A stretch of 41,518 nt of DNA from Octopus sinensis. Lineage: Eukaryota. Positions 23,465-36,400 of this stretch are shown here, piece after piece. The notes under the pieces were generated by a model that was given only the letters and a program-made list of their open reading frames with translations, was not told the origin of the DNA and did not search any database. The position numbers and the translations under genes are program-made. Location: NCBI RefSeq assembly GCF_006345805.1, contig NW_021835277.1, positions 1 to 41,518 of the forward strand, in the 5' to 3' direction. Within the stretch, counting starts at the first letter, position 1, and every line of letters begins with the position of its first letter.

Positions 23465-23684
23465 CATGTATGTTTGCATGTCTGTGTTTGTTCCCCTAGC
23501 ATTGCTTGACAACCGATGCTGGTGTGTTTATGTCCCCGTTACTTAGCAGTTCGGCAAAAGAGACTGATAGAATAAGTACTGGGCTTACAAAAGAATAAGT
23601 CCCGGGGTTGAGTTGCTCGATTAAAGGCGGTGCTCCAGCATGGCCGCAGTCAAATGACTGAAACAAGTAAAAGAGTAAAAGAGT
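23256..23684 (+). mobile_element. SINE family A, full length
   Basis: Matches family A end to end. Confidence 0.9.
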
Positions 23685-23849
23685 AATGTCATTAACATTA
23701 ATTTGTTCATGGACCCATTTCATTGTTAGCTCTCCTTCCTACAAATGAATAAGAACTATCATTTAGTCAATCAATCAACCTTCTACATTATTGAACAACC
23801 AATCCCAACCAGTTGGGATTCACAGTATAGGTTGTACTATCATTCTTTT

Positions 23850-24010
23850 GGTCACTGAATGAGGCCTCCGTTCAGGCGATTTTCCAGAGTCACCATCTTT
23901 CCCCTGAATACCCATTTACAGCTGGGTGGACTGGAAGAACATGAAATAACACAATGCACAGCCAGTCTGGGAACCAAAACCACAATTGCATGATTGTGAG
24001 AGCAACACCT
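23850..24010 (-). mobile_element. Old tRNA SINE with V-domain-like motif
   Basis: Minus strand ccagtccacccagctgtaaatgggta; decayed B-box; head interrupted by the family B copy. Confidence 0.45.
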
Positions 24011-24240
24011 AGTTCTTTACTGCCCACAAGGGGCTAAACACAGAGGGGACAAACAAGGACAGACAAACGGATTAAATCAATTATATCGACCCCAGTGCGT
24101 AACTGGTACTTATATAATCAACACCGAAAGGATGAAAGGCAAAGTCGACCTCGACGGAATTTGAACTCAGAACATAGCGACAGACGAAATACCACTAAGC
24201 ATTTCTCCCGGTGTGCTAACATTTCTGCGGTATCACCACC
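24011..24240 (-). mobile_element. Family B SINE monomer
   Basis: One head plus one body. Confidence 0.85.
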
Positions 24241-24553
24241 TTTGACCACTAGGCAATTTGAGAGCAACACCATTGACCACTAGGCAATTTACCCAGTAAC
24301 TACAGAGATACTGTATAATTGATGAGCTTTCCATGGTTTGTAGTGATAATTTTGTTCTTTGAAGAAGGGCTTTACCCAAATTGTGAATGTTCACTTATTC
24401 TAAACAAACAGAAATATTGCCTAATATAATAAATTTTATTAATGTTGACCTGAAATAATATTCTGGTAAAATTATCAGTGATAATCAAATGTCTTATTTA
24501 TGAAAAGAATTATCTCTTGTACACTTAGGGCTCCAGAAACCAATATTGCGTAC

Positions 24554-24589
24554 TTCCTTTATAAATCTGTGGGTCTGTATGACATCATA
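24554..24589 (-). CDS. Weak candidate 36-nt phase-0 exon (YDVIQTHRFIKE)
   Basis: Acceptor taatatttcag, donor gtacgc, open frame; unique AT-rich context. Confidence 0.2.
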
Positions 24590-24799
24590 CTGAAATATTA
24601 CATAATATCATAATCAATAATTTTGTAATATTTTGCATGCGATCTGAATAATGTATATTATTACTTCTAAACCATTGATATTATAGAGATGCAGTTATTG
24701 TACAATTATTGCACATAAATTGTTATACAATAACAAATATATAACAAAAACAAAAAAAAAAATCAAAGTGAGAGACATTTTGCAAATCTTCTTTTATGT

Positions 24800-25070
24800 T
24801 TTAATTGTTTCAGTCATTAGATTGTGGCCATGCTGGAGTACTGCCTTGACGGGTTTTATTCAAACAGATCAACTCCAGTATTTATTATTTTTAAAGTCTA
24901 GTATTTATCCATTTGGTTTGTTATACCAAACCACTAGGTTACAGGGATGTAAACAAACTAACACTAGCTGGGAAGGTGGACAAACACTGACAAAGACATA
25001 TATATATATATAACATGCTTCCACAGTTTTTGTCTACAAAATTCACTGACAAGGCATCAGATTGACCTAA
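24800..25070 (-). mobile_element. Heavily diverged family A-like SINE
   Basis: tgtttcagtcattagattgtggccatgctggag... Confidence 0.65.
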
Positions 25071-25351
25071 CTCATTTGACAGTACTTGAGGAAACATCTT
25101 TTTTTTTAATTTTTAATTCCTCAGATGGGTTATTTTTATGTTTTTGCAGTAGAGACTTAAGGGGGTCTATCCCATAAGTGAAATAACACCAACCAGTTGG
25201 TACCAAACCAGATTGGTTGCATTCTTTACGATGAAAACTTTCACCTTGCAAGTTTTTCCCTCGAAACGTGACATCATCCCACATTTCACTTACAAAGTGT
25301 AGTTTGTCACCCATCATGCCATGTGTATTTTTAGCTGTTTTTCTTAACATA

Positions 25352-25450
25352 GTCAACCTCGGCGGAATTTGAACTCAGAACGTAACGGCAGACGAAATAC
25401 GGCTATGCATTTCGCCCGGCGTGCTAACGTTTCTGCCAGCTCACCGCCTT
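25352..25450 (-). mobile_element. Family B SINE head fragment (followed by a family D tail at ~25455-25511)
   Basis: gtcaacctcggcggaatttgaactcag...tctgccagctcaccgcc. Confidence 0.8.
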
Positions 25451-25939
25451 CAAACCATCGAACCCATACCAGCATGGGGAGCGAACGATAATGATAACGA
25501 TGATGATGATGAAAATCATCAAAATTTTATATACTCAAGCTAAATGCTGAAAATGTTCTTCTTCAACAGAAAGACTAGTTTTGTAATTCTTTGGGAAATG
25601 GTCAGCAGCTTTGAAAGATGTATCAACTGTCAAGTCCGGAAAGAACAAATAATCATGGAATGGTCCATGCTGGAGCACCTTTAATATTAACAATATGGTT
25701 GACTGAATGTACCTCAAGGGAGTGTTTTGAATGCTAAATGCATGTTTGGTAGCATCTTATGTATGTAAAAGAGTGAGTTGAAAAAATTTGATTGATTCAG
25801 ATTATCAATGCAATTAATAGTTGAGTTTAAAATGTAAATGATAGAAGCAAGAGATATAACTTTTAAACCGATCAAATAAGGCTCAAACATTCCATCTGTT
25901 TTATGTTTGAATTATCCAGATCAGGCCTCTTACATCTTA

Positions 25940-26260
25940 CCGTGGACATGTTTACAAAGTCAGAAAACAGCACAGCTCCCATGACTTTCGGAAACATTTT
26001 TTCATGCTGAGAGTTGCTGAAGCATGGAACAAACTGCCGGCATCAGTTGTTAGTTGTCGGAGCACTGCATCCTTCAAAACTTCCATGCTTTCTGAGATTC
26101 GCCAACACTACACCTTATTTTCTCCCCTCCATACACACACAAGCATGTATCTGACTCATACACTGTTCGCTTTCCAGACATTTGTACATTACTGCATATA
26201 CTCTGACAAGTTGTGGTGCACCTGAGCACTGTATACAATAATTTCATTATTATTATTATT
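25940..26260 (+). mobile_element. CR1-group LINE 3' end with (ATT)n tail
   Basis: RGHVYKVRKQHSSHDFRKHFFMLRVAEAWNKLP; same family as 28714-29628. Confidence 0.88.
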
Positions 26261-26340
26261 TTTAAAATAAACAACTTCATCAAACTTTTGAAATTATGCG
26301 ATAATGCCTGATTAATTCAAAAACAATGTGAATAAATATA

Positions 26341-26512
26341 GGCGCAGGAGTGGCTGTGTGGTAAATAGCTTGCTAACCAACCATATGGTTCCGGGTTCAG
26401 TCCCACCGCGTGGCATCTTGGGCAAGTGTCTTCTTACTATAGCCCCGGGCCGGCCAATGCCTTGTGAGTGGATTTGGTAGACGGAAACTGAAAGAAGCCT
26501 GTCGTATATATG

Positions 26513-26549
<37 letters not shown>

Positions 26550-26760
26550 TTGTGTGTCTGTGTTTGTCCCCCTAGCATTGTTTGACAACCGATGCTGGTG
26601 TGTTTACATCCCTGTCACTTAGCGGTTCAGCAAAAGAGACCGATAGAATAAGTACTGGGCTTACAAAGAATAAGTCCCGGGGTCGATTTGCTCGACTAAA
26701 GGCGGTGCTCCAGCATGGCCACAGTCAAATGACTGAAACAAGTAAAAGAGTAAAGAGTAA
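26341..26760 (+). mobile_element. SINE family A, full length
   Basis: Matches family A end to end. Confidence 0.9.
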
Positions 26761-26917
26761 ATAAGCTTTACACTTTATTGTGTAATCTGAATGCTAAAGG
26801 GTTAATTCTTCTAATGTAGATTAATTAAAGTACCAGGCTTGTATATAGGCGTTGACATAATTGACTGCATCCATTGTCTGAGTTTAAAAACTTTACTCCT
26901 ACACTAGAAATCAATAT

Positions 26918-27390
26918 TAGCTCGGCAGAATTTCAAGAGTGGCAGATTTAGTTACGATCTTTTATGTAAAGAGTTCAAATCTTGTCAGGGTCAACTTTGC
27001 TTTCCATTTTTCTGGAGGAATCAATAAAACAAAATACTAATCAAGCCCTGAAGTTGATTTAATCCACTACATTCCTCCCCATAAAATGTGTAGACTTGTG
27101 TCTATATTAGAAATCAATACAGCATTCATAAATTTTAAGCAAGATACTGTAAGAAATCAGATAAAAGTAAAGTACATTGGCAGAAATTGTAAGCACCAGA
27201 CAAAATTTCTTACGGTATTTTGTTGAGGGCTCTATATTCCACAGTGATAACCTACTCGGGTTCACTTTACCATTCCGCTTTCAGGGGTATATAAAACAAG
27301 TACCAATCAAATACTGAAAACAGCAAAATTGATTCGTTGTCGTCTTCACCCAAATATGGGTGTTTTACTGCTATGTAAGAAACCAATATT
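26918..27390 (+). mobile_element. Two old, decayed family B-related SINEs (~26918-27118, ~27175-27390)
   Basis: gagttcaaatcttgtcagggtcaactttgctttccatt... and ...ttcaggggtatataaaacaagtacca. Confidence 0.5.
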
Positions 27391-28090
27391 AACCATCCAG
27401 TATGTTTATCTTACCTTCGAAACACGCATTGAGTCAAAACAGGGGCAGCTGATGAAGGGGAATGTTCCTTGTATTGTTTGTCTTGTACTCTGTTTTTTCG
27501 TTGTTAAAAAAAAAGTCCATTTCCTTGTTTGTTTTTATGTTTTCGTTTCTCGTTGTGTTCTACGTTTATTTGTGGTGTCCTGTACTCATATATATATATA
27601 TATATATGCATATATATATACATATAGATGTAGGTAGGTACATATATGTATGTATGTATGCATATGTTTTATTCGTTAAAATGTTTATCTTACTGACTTA
27701 GCTGTTCTCCTTGTTTAACAGACAATAATATATTCACAGAAGTGTATTTTCCTTTACTCTGTTTCTTTCTGCTTCTCTTCTCTGACTCTGCTTTCATATC
27801 TTTCTCTCTCTGCATCATGATCATCATAGTTGTTATTATCATCAATGTTATTATAATCATCATCTACATGTATATATATATATATATATATATTTTGATT
27901 CATGATTTTATTATTGAAGTCAATGTCTACCACCAGATATATTATACATACATACAACATACATACATGCAATGTATATACATACTCACAAACATATATA
28001 TATATATTTCTTTACTGCCCACAAGGGGCTAAACATAGACATACATATATACATACATGCATACATGCATGTATGTATATACGTATGTTT

Positions 28091-28130
<40 letters not shown>

Positions 28131-28164
28131 ACACACTCACACATACACATGCACATCCATAGGT

Positions 28165-28575
28165 ACAAGTGTGGCTGTGTGATGGTTAAGAAGTTTGATT
28201 TCCAAACACATGGATCTGGGTTCAGTCCTATTGCATGGCACCTTGGGGAAGAGTTTCCTGTTGAAGCCTTGTGGGTGGATTTGGTAGAGGGAAACTGAAA
28301 GAAGCTCATTATATATATGTATGTGTGTGGGAGTATAAATATGTGTCTGTCTGTGTCACCTTGTCCTGACTTTGTGTGATTGTTGTAAATGGATGGCATT
28401 TGTTTTTAATATTCTGCGGATTCATGTCAGGCCATGGGAAAATATTACCTTGTTTGAGAACAGGTAAGGGCTGACGATGAAAAGGGCATCCAACCATAGA
28501 AAATCTGATTGACTAAGTTTCACCTGACCCCTGCAAGCATGGAAAAGTGGACATTAAATTGATTATAATGATGAT
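28165..28575 (+). mobile_element. Composite SINE: family A-like head/body with RTE-derived (family D-like) 3' half
   Basis: gtggctgtgtg...gggttcagtcc...gaaactgaaagaagc, then aagggcatccaaccatagaaa...agcatggaaaagtggacattaaa-(gat). Confidence 0.65.
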
Positions 28576-28581
28576 ATATAT

Positions 28582-29725
28582 ATTTCTTTACTATTCACAA
28601 GGGGCTAAACACAGAGGAGACAAACAAGGACAGACAAACGGATTAAGTCGATTACATCGACCCCAGTGCATAACTGGTACTTAATTTATCGACCCCGGAA
28701 GGATGAAAGGCAATAATAATAATAATAATAATAATGAAATTATTGTATACAGTGCTCAGGTGCACCACAACTTGTCAGAAAGTGCATATAAAGTACATGC
28801 AGTAATGTAGAAATGTCTGGAAAGTGAACATGCTTGTGTGTGTATGGAGGGGAGAAAATCAAGTGTAGTGTTGGCGAATCTCAGGAAGCATGGAAGTTTT
28901 GAAGGATGCAGTGCTCCGACAACTAACAACCGATGCCGGCAGTTTGTTTCACGCTTCAGCAATTCTCAGCGTGAAAAAATGTTTCCTGAAGTCATGGGAG
29001 CTGTGCTGTTTTCTGACTTTGTAAATATGTCCACGGGTGTTAGATGGGTGGAGTTTGAAGAGGTGCTCAGAGTTATTGTTTGTGCGATGGTTGATAATTT
29101 TATGGGTGTCTGCCAAGTCAGCTGCCAGACGTTGGAGTCACAATGTGTCCATGCCCAGGGAAGTAAGGCGTTCAGGATATGGCAAATGCCTGATGGAGGG
29201 TATTCTTTTGGTTGCATGTCACTGAACAGCTTCCAGACGATTGATGTCCTGGGCAAGATAGGGGTTCCAGACCGGTGATGCAAATTCCAGGTGAGGTCTT
29301 ACCATAGCTATATAAAGCCGCAGATAGATAGCCGGAGAGCGGCTCACAAAGGATTTGGTGAGTGATGCCAAGACACCCTCAGCCTTCTTGACAATTTTAG
29401 CGATGTGTTTTGTCCAACGCAAATCACTGTCGACAATAACACCCAGGTCACGTTCACTTGAAGACTTTTTGAGACTAGTGTTGTGGAGGGAGTTGGTGGA
29501 CGCTGGGTTTCTCCTCCCAAAATGCATGGTGGTACATTTGTCCACAGCCAGCTTGAGTTGCCAGTCCATGATCCACTGCTGCATTTTGTCCAGGTCTGCT
29601 TGCAATAGAGATCCATAGTGTACAGGATTTGACCTCGGCGGAATTTGAACTCGGAACGTAACGGCAGACGAAATACGGCAACGCATTTCACCCGGCGTGC
29701 TAACGTTTCTGCCAGCTCGCCACCT
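28582..29725 (-). mobile_element. Family B SINE monomer split by a CR1 insertion (28582-28713 + 29629-29725)
   Basis: ...ggatgaaaggcaa | CR1 | ttgacctcggcggaatttgaactc... rejoins into the family B sequence. Confidence 0.88.
28714..29628 (-). mobile_element. 5'-truncated CR1-group LINE
   Basis: LQADLDKMQQW...ERDLGVIVDSDL...VRPHLEFASPVWNP...RGHIYKV; in-frame stops; (ATT)n tail. Confidence 0.92.
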
Positions 29726-31048
29726 TCGAAATATAATGATGATATATAAATATGTGTGTGTGTGTGTTCAATGCAGTTTGATCTGAAATTATATGCTAAA
29801 ACAGTTGATGTATTTTGGAAGAGTCATGTTTGTCAATATTAAGCATATGCACTGATAGTTTCAGTTAATAAATAACTCAGCTCTTTATAAATCACTTATG
29901 TTGTAGTCAATATCAAATCCTCTCTACATAGTGCTATGACCTGTTCACTGACCCCCTTGCAATTTGTCAGGTGGTTAAGATATTACAGTACAACTTATTA
30001 CCAAAACCTAATACTTCAGTAAGCTACACGTGCTTTTAGCATTCTGGTAATGAAATTAAGGGAAAAGAACTTTTTTTCTCAATAACCAGTTTACACCTCT
30101 CACTTGCACTCATTTCTTCAGCATTAAAAAAAAAAACACATTAATAATAATAATAAAATAACTACTGAAAAATCAAAGGCAACTTTGTTTTTGCCTTGCT
30201 TGGCAGGTAAAGAAATTCTGAGTAAAGAGAATTAATATATTTTACTTCCAGACTTTATGAATAAACTCTATTACTGAGATTGTGGCAGGGGTAAGTTTTG
30301 GGTTTATATGATTGTGTTAATGATGATAACTCCTTCAAATTCTTCTTTAAGGAATTTTGGTGGAAGGATTCAAAAATTTTGTTATTATACATATAGATTT
30401 TTCAGTTGTAGCACTAGAGTTGAAATACTTGTTTAAACTGTTGTATTAGTTGAACTGCAGCCAAATCAATAATCTGGCCAATTTGATAACCTTAGCATCT
30501 GTGTCCAGCCACTCCTGTCAATACCTTCCAGTTATTTTCCTTATGTTGAACTAATGACTGGCCCCTCCTCTATCATACAACATCACAGGACAGCTTTCAA
30601 CACAGAAAGATCAGCTTTATTACATTCTACTCCATATTTCACATTCATTGCATTCACCTTATATCTTGTGCATGACTTTCTTTACATGTATAAATTTATT
30701 ACACTTTCAGACATACACATTCAAGCAAATAACTGTACACATAATTACACACGGATAGTAGCATAAATACGTACATACATACACATACATTCACTCTCAT
30801 ACACATGTCTGCACATGTACATACATACATATATACATATATATGTATCTATACTTTCTTACATGCACAATAAATTATACATACTCATACACATAAAATA
30901 TATGCACTAACACTTGTGTAAATATAATGAAGTAAGAGAGAAAACTAGATGTGTATGTTCACATACAGAGACAAGTTGAGAGATAGATCTTTAAATATGT
31001 ATACCCACTTCTATTTTCTTTCTTTCTTTCTCTCTCTCTTTCTATTTC

Positions 31049-31065
31049 TCTATCTATCTATCTAC

Positions 31066-31158
<93 letters not shown>
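31049..31158. repeat. (CTAT)n tetranucleotide microsatellite
   Basis: Seen directly; another copy at ~12958-13028. Confidence 0.95.
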
Positions 31159-31159
<1 letters not shown>

Positions 31160-33216
31160 CTTCCTCTCTTTTTCTTGCTGTTTCACTCTTTCTTACACAT
31201 AAACACAAATATATGTAACAATATATCATGTTGAAGTAAATTCTTTGGGAGTATATTTCATATCTTTATAATCAAACATTTTCTCTCTGTCTTCTTGTGT
31301 CATATTTCTGGCATCGTAGTTGGTCAGTGCCGGTAACTACCAAAGACATCAGACACAGCGATTGCTCTCAATATATATTGCCATCACAGCAGACAATCTC
31401 TTTGTAATATTCCTCTTAAAAGAGAAACAGAAAGACAGCTAAAAGACACTTGAAAAGAAGAAAGATATCAAGAGAACTGCTGCTCACTTTCCTAAAGTGA
31501 TGCAGATAATTTAGTCGCAGCTAAAAAAGGCTACCAAAAATACAGTTGTAATTCTTGCTATTCAAATACAAAAGACTTCCTGCCATTACGGATTTTTGTA
31601 ATTAAGATATCAAAGAAAGAAGAAATGGTATTTCCGTTCAGTTGTCAAGTGAGTCACAATAAGCTCTCTATACATTCATTGCTTCAACTTTGATGAACAC
31701 TATTTCTCTATTCCATCTTTCAAATAGACCTTTGATGTCATAGGTCTGTTATTTGCCACAAAAGAAACCTTACAAACAAACTCTGTATTTATATCTCCTG
31801 ATAATTTCCTGATCAAGCATTTTATTCAAGTTTAGTTCAACACTTCAGATAAAGAAGCAATAAGCAGAATATCCTGTGTTGGGGTTATAATGAATCTGAA
31901 TCTCCGAATTACTGAATCTCTTCACTGTTTATTGGATACATCTCTTAAACTATATTTCTTTTTATGCTGTATCTTGTTTATAGCATCACCAAAAAAAAAT
32001 TGAATAAAATATGTGTTATTTAATTCCTGGTTTCTGTTAATTTTGAAGCTGAATATGTTTTATTTTTTAATGGATTGAAAAATAATTTGAAAACAAAAAC
32101 AAAAACAAAAACGAAACAAAACAAAACAAAAATAATTCTTTCGTTGGATTGATTCGTTGTTTTTCTTTGCAATCCATAAACTACAAGGTAAACAACAAAC
32201 GAATAAATATAAACGAATAAATATAAACAAATAAATAAAAATTAAACAACTTCTCTTTGATATTCGATACAGTGATATAGGTAAAGTGTAAGTTTTATTG
32301 TAATGGACAGAAATAGTTAATTATGTAGAAGATAAAAGGACAAAAATTTATGTTTGAAGTAAAGCTTTATTTTATTAACTCCTTTGGCACTTCCTAATAG
32401 TCTGCTTCTCTTCCATCTAATGAATCGATATAGACCATTAGTTCTTATACTGTTTACTACTGTTAGTGTGTTTAGTTTTGTTTCAAAAACAAAAAGAAAA
32501 GAAAAAAAAGAAGAAAAAAAAGAAAACAAAAAGTAAAAGTAAAAAGTAAAACAATTATCATTATCAATCATATTACATTTAACACAGTATTTCCAGCTTC
32601 TACATTGTATATACTTATTATATTCCTGGTGCAAAATGGTGACATATTTGCTAAATGTTACTAAATATTTCACTATGTAATGTAATTAATCTGCATATTT
32701 CTATATCTTCTATTCTGTATATTTCCATATGTAATTACACAGAATAGACAGAGACTGATCCTTATCTCGTTGCTGTCAAAATTTCTGTTCTTATCATCTA
32801 CTTTATTGGAGAGTTAAATTATTGTTAATGTATTCAATGAAATGAACATCTAAAATTCTAATTAGAAAAAGAAGAAAAAAAAATTACGTATTTAAGGAAA
32901 CGGCAATATCAAATCAATGTCTAATGTTATTTTAATAAGCTCGGCAAGTAAGGAAGACAACTTTGACTATGTTTCAGGCTGATTAAATCTCTTTAATAGA
33001 ACATAAGCTTGCTGACAGAATCATAGAATGGAAATACAATTTTGTACAGAACAAAGTAACACATGTATCATACACAATCATATTCTTCTAAAAGACAATG
33101 CTTAGCACACCACAGAAACGTGTAGGTGTACCAGATGATATGGAGTCTATTTATATATGATTATTGAAAGCTAAATAATAATAACAACAACAACAACAAC
33201 AATAATAATAATAATA

Positions 33217-33261
<45 letters not shown>

Positions 33262-33583
33262 GGGGAGCATCATGGCCCTGTGTTGAAAGGAATTCGTAGA
33301 GGTTTGGATAATTCACCTTCGGAAACATGGGTGGTTCGTTCAACATCCTTAAACAACCTTTATTCAGGGACCTTTTGAGCGGGATGGGTTACTCGACCAG
33401 AAGAAAATTCTAACTGGGCCCCCACCTGCAAGGTCATGCGATCACCATGTCGCGCACATATGGTTGTGATGCATGTGCCTGGTGTACCCTTATCAGACGG
33501 GTAGTCATGATGGGTATACTAGGCTTCGTGTATTTTACCCCAGTGTCACTTTGATGGCATCCTCTGCTCTCTCACTCAATAAA

Positions 33584-33622
<39 letters not shown>
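33262..33622 (+). mobile_element. Unclassified retroelement 3' fragment with (AAT)n tail, copy 1
   Basis: Homologous to 33865-34152; bounded on both sides by (AAT)n. Confidence 0.65.
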
Positions 33623-33623
<1 letters not shown>

Positions 33624-33729
33624 TAATGATAAGGATAATAATAATAATGATGATGATGATAATGATGGGGATGATGATGATAATAATAATAATTATAATA
33701 ATTATAATAATAATAACTCTCATTCAATA

Positions 33730-34152
33730 TTTGTGGTACAAAAGATGGGCTACAGCAAATATTCTGCTCTCTGCCACAGATTTGTTTGTCAGTTGTTTGA
33801 CCATAACCAGTTGAGTATGTCCCTTAGTAGTTGACGATATTTGCATCGCTGTTCATGAGCAGAAGTAGTGGTTGAGCATAATAACCATGTGTTGAAAGGA
33901 ATTTCTGGGGGTTTGACTAATTCACCCCTGGAAACATGGGTGTTTCATTCATCATCTTTAAACAAACCGTATTCAGGGATCTTTTGAGCAGGATGGGCTA
34001 CTCGAGCTGAAGAAAGTTCTAACTGGCCCCAACCTGCAAGGTTACATGCTGTTTATCTTCATATGATATCACCATGTCGTACACATATGATGCATCTGCG
34101 TATTGTACTCTTATCAGACAGGTAGTCATGCTGAGTATATTGGGATTTGTAT
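33730..34152 (+). mobile_element. Same unclassified element, more diverged copy 2
   Basis: Shared blocks gtgttgaaaggaatt, ggaaacatgggtg, tattcaggga(c/t)cttttgagc, cttatcagac(g/a)ggtagtcatg. Confidence 0.65.
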
Positions 34153-34308
34153 ATTTGGCAGAATTCGAAATCATAACATAAAGAACTTGAAGAAATATGT
34201 CATGAAAACAGTATCAACCCATGCTTTGTTTTCTAACCCAGGAAAAGGGTGGTGGTTAAATAATCCAAAAATCCAAAATGAAAAACTAACAAAGCAAAAA
34301 TATATATA

Positions 34309-34869
34309 TTTCACCAACGCTGTCTTCGGAAGATCCTTAACATCAGCTGGGAAGACAGAAGAACAAACATCAGCGTGCTACAAGAAGTAAAAATGACCAG
34401 CATCGAAGCCTATGTCATCAAAGGCCAACTAAGATGGAGTGACCACGTGGTTAGAATGACTGACGAACGACTTCCCAAACAGATCTTCTACTCCCAACTC
34501 AAAAACGGCAAGCGTACAAAAGGAGGCCAGAAGAAATGCTACAAGGACTCCCTGAAAACGAACCTCAAAAAGTGTGACATCGACTTCACTAACTGGGAGG
34601 AAACGGCAAAAAACAGACCACTCTGGAAAACCACCATCCATGAGGGAACGGCGACTTTCGAGTCGAAAAGGTCTGCAGAGCTGGAGGAGAAAAGACGACG
34701 ACGGAAGAAGCGCCAACAACAACCACGTGCAACTCTCCCTTCCGGCATTAGATGTCTGCACTGCGACCGATCTTTTCAAGCAAGAATTGGTCTTATCGGT
34801 CACCTACGGACTCACCAGTAAATTTGCGCGAAGACCATCATCTTCGACCTTGAGGGATTGCCATGATGA

Positions 34870-34873
<4 letters not shown>
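34309..34873 (+). mobile_element. 5'-truncated RTE-clade LINE, C-terminal ORF with C2H2 motif, (GAT)n tail
   Basis: Open frame 34309-34821: FHQRCLRKIL...QLRWSDHVVRMTDERLPKQIFY...GGQKKCYKD...CLHCDRSFQARIGLIGHLRTH*; flanked by (TA)n. Confidence 0.92.
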
Positions 34874-34909
<36 letters not shown>

Positions 34910-35442
34910 CTACACACACACACACACGTATATATATATGTATATATATATATAAATATGCATGTGTGTGTGTATATGAATCCTTCAACGAGTGTACAAA
35001 AGTAATTGCAAAAATCATAATCGAGATTTTGCGCAAGATAGAAATAGATTTCCAACATTAATTGCCTGGAATCATCAAGATCATCCTGAATAAAATAATA
35101 ATGTTTAATGAGAGCAAATTAATAGGGTACATAAATATAATTGATTGAATTTATTCCATTAAATGACTAGAACCTACTGATTCACATATTATTGAATGGG
35201 CAAAAGCTTTGATAATATCTGATTTTTCTTGAAAATTCTTAATAATTTTGGGATCAGTTTTTAAAGATAGGTTAAGACTATATTGAAGGATTATTGTTGT
35301 TCTTTATTATTAAAAAATCTAACAGAATGTATTGGCAGCACATAAGTGATGTTGTAGGTTTGGTTGTGATGTGGTGTCATTGGTTGTGGATGTATCTGCA
35401 GTGATGGTTTGGCTGGGATCAATTGGGACAAGTGGTTGAAGT

Positions 35443-35443
35443 G

Positions 35444-35496
<53 letters not shown>

Positions 35497-35673
35497 GAGA
35501 GGAGGAGGAGGAGGAGAGGGGGAGGAGAGGGGGAGGAGAAGGAGAAGGAGAAGAATAAGAATGAGGAGGGGGAGGAGGAAAAGAAGGAGGAGGAGGAGGA
35601 GGAGGAGGAAAAGAAGAAGAAGAAGAAGAAGAAAAGAAGAAGAAGAAGAAGAAGAAGAAGAAGAAGAAGAAGA
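35443..35673 (+). repeat. Polypurine (GAA)n/(GGA)n tract
   Basis: Seen directly; source of the poly-E/R/L/S ORFs. Confidence 0.95.
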
Positions 35674-35679
35674 CTGAAG

Positions 35680-35900
35680 TGGTCGTTCAATGCAGCAGCT
35701 GCAGGCTGGAAGAGATCTCGTGGTAGGCCCCACACCAGAATGTCTGGATGTGATTAAGAAAGAACTCCAGAGGCTCAACATCATCTTTGAGGATGCAGAT
35801 GTGCTGGTACATGACCACTAGCGATGGAGAGCACCGGTAGACCTGGTTAACTCTATACACATTGATGCCTCTGGAACCACTGACCTTCGATGACCCCAGC
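35680..35900 (+). mobile_element. Decayed RTE LINE 3' fragment
   Basis: AAGWKRSRGRPHTR / LDVIKKELQRLNI...D..RWRA, with a frameshift and a stop. Confidence 0.75.
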
Positions 35901-36027
35901 CCCATGAAACAAAAGAATGAAATAGTAGCTGAAGCAGGAAGGATATAAACAATCCCTTGATGAACTTCCACACATTTTCCATGACACAATAAACATTTAT
36001 AATTATTTTAGTCAACTTCATGTGCAT

Positions 36028-36400
36028 GCATGGCTGTGTGGTTAAAGACGCTTGCTTTGAAACCGCAGTTTGGTACCTTCGGAAAATGCCTTCTACTACA
36101 GCCCAGGGTTGACCAATGCTTTGTGAGTGAATTTGTAGGATGGAAACTATTGTGGAAGCCTGTTGTGTGTGTGTGTGTGAATGTGTGTGTGTGTGTGTTT
36201 GTGTGTGTGTGGTGTGTGTGTGTGATTGTGTGTGTGTGTGTGTGTGGTGTGTGTGTGATTGTGTGTGTGTGATTGTGTGTGTGTGTGTGTTTGTGTTTGT
36301 GTTTCCCCCTCACCACCACTTGACAACTGGTGTTTGGTAGTTTGCATCCTTCTTCCTTAGTTGGTCAGCTCAACAGGCTGATAGAATTAGTACCAGATAT
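36028..36400 (+). mobile_element. Diverged family A-like SINE with expanded (TG)n centre
   Basis: gcatggctgtgtggttaa...gaccaatgctttgtgagtgaatttg...ttgacaactggtg...gatagaattagtacc. Confidence 0.7.

Noticed and set aside
25072-25356. 94-aa ORF, or a TTAA|GGGGG transposon end
   Set aside because: No recognisable protein motif and no matching second terminus in the window.
27417-27470. Hammerhead at cagCTGATGAagggg...cctt
   Set aside because: No GAAA follows the putative stem II; at most a decayed remnant.
30253-30291. Plus-strand exon with strong ttccag / gtaagt signals
   Set aside because: Stop codons in all three frames; no other support.
35319-35784. Poly-E/R, poly-S and poly-L ORFs
   Set aside because: Translations of a (GAA)n/(GGA)n tract.
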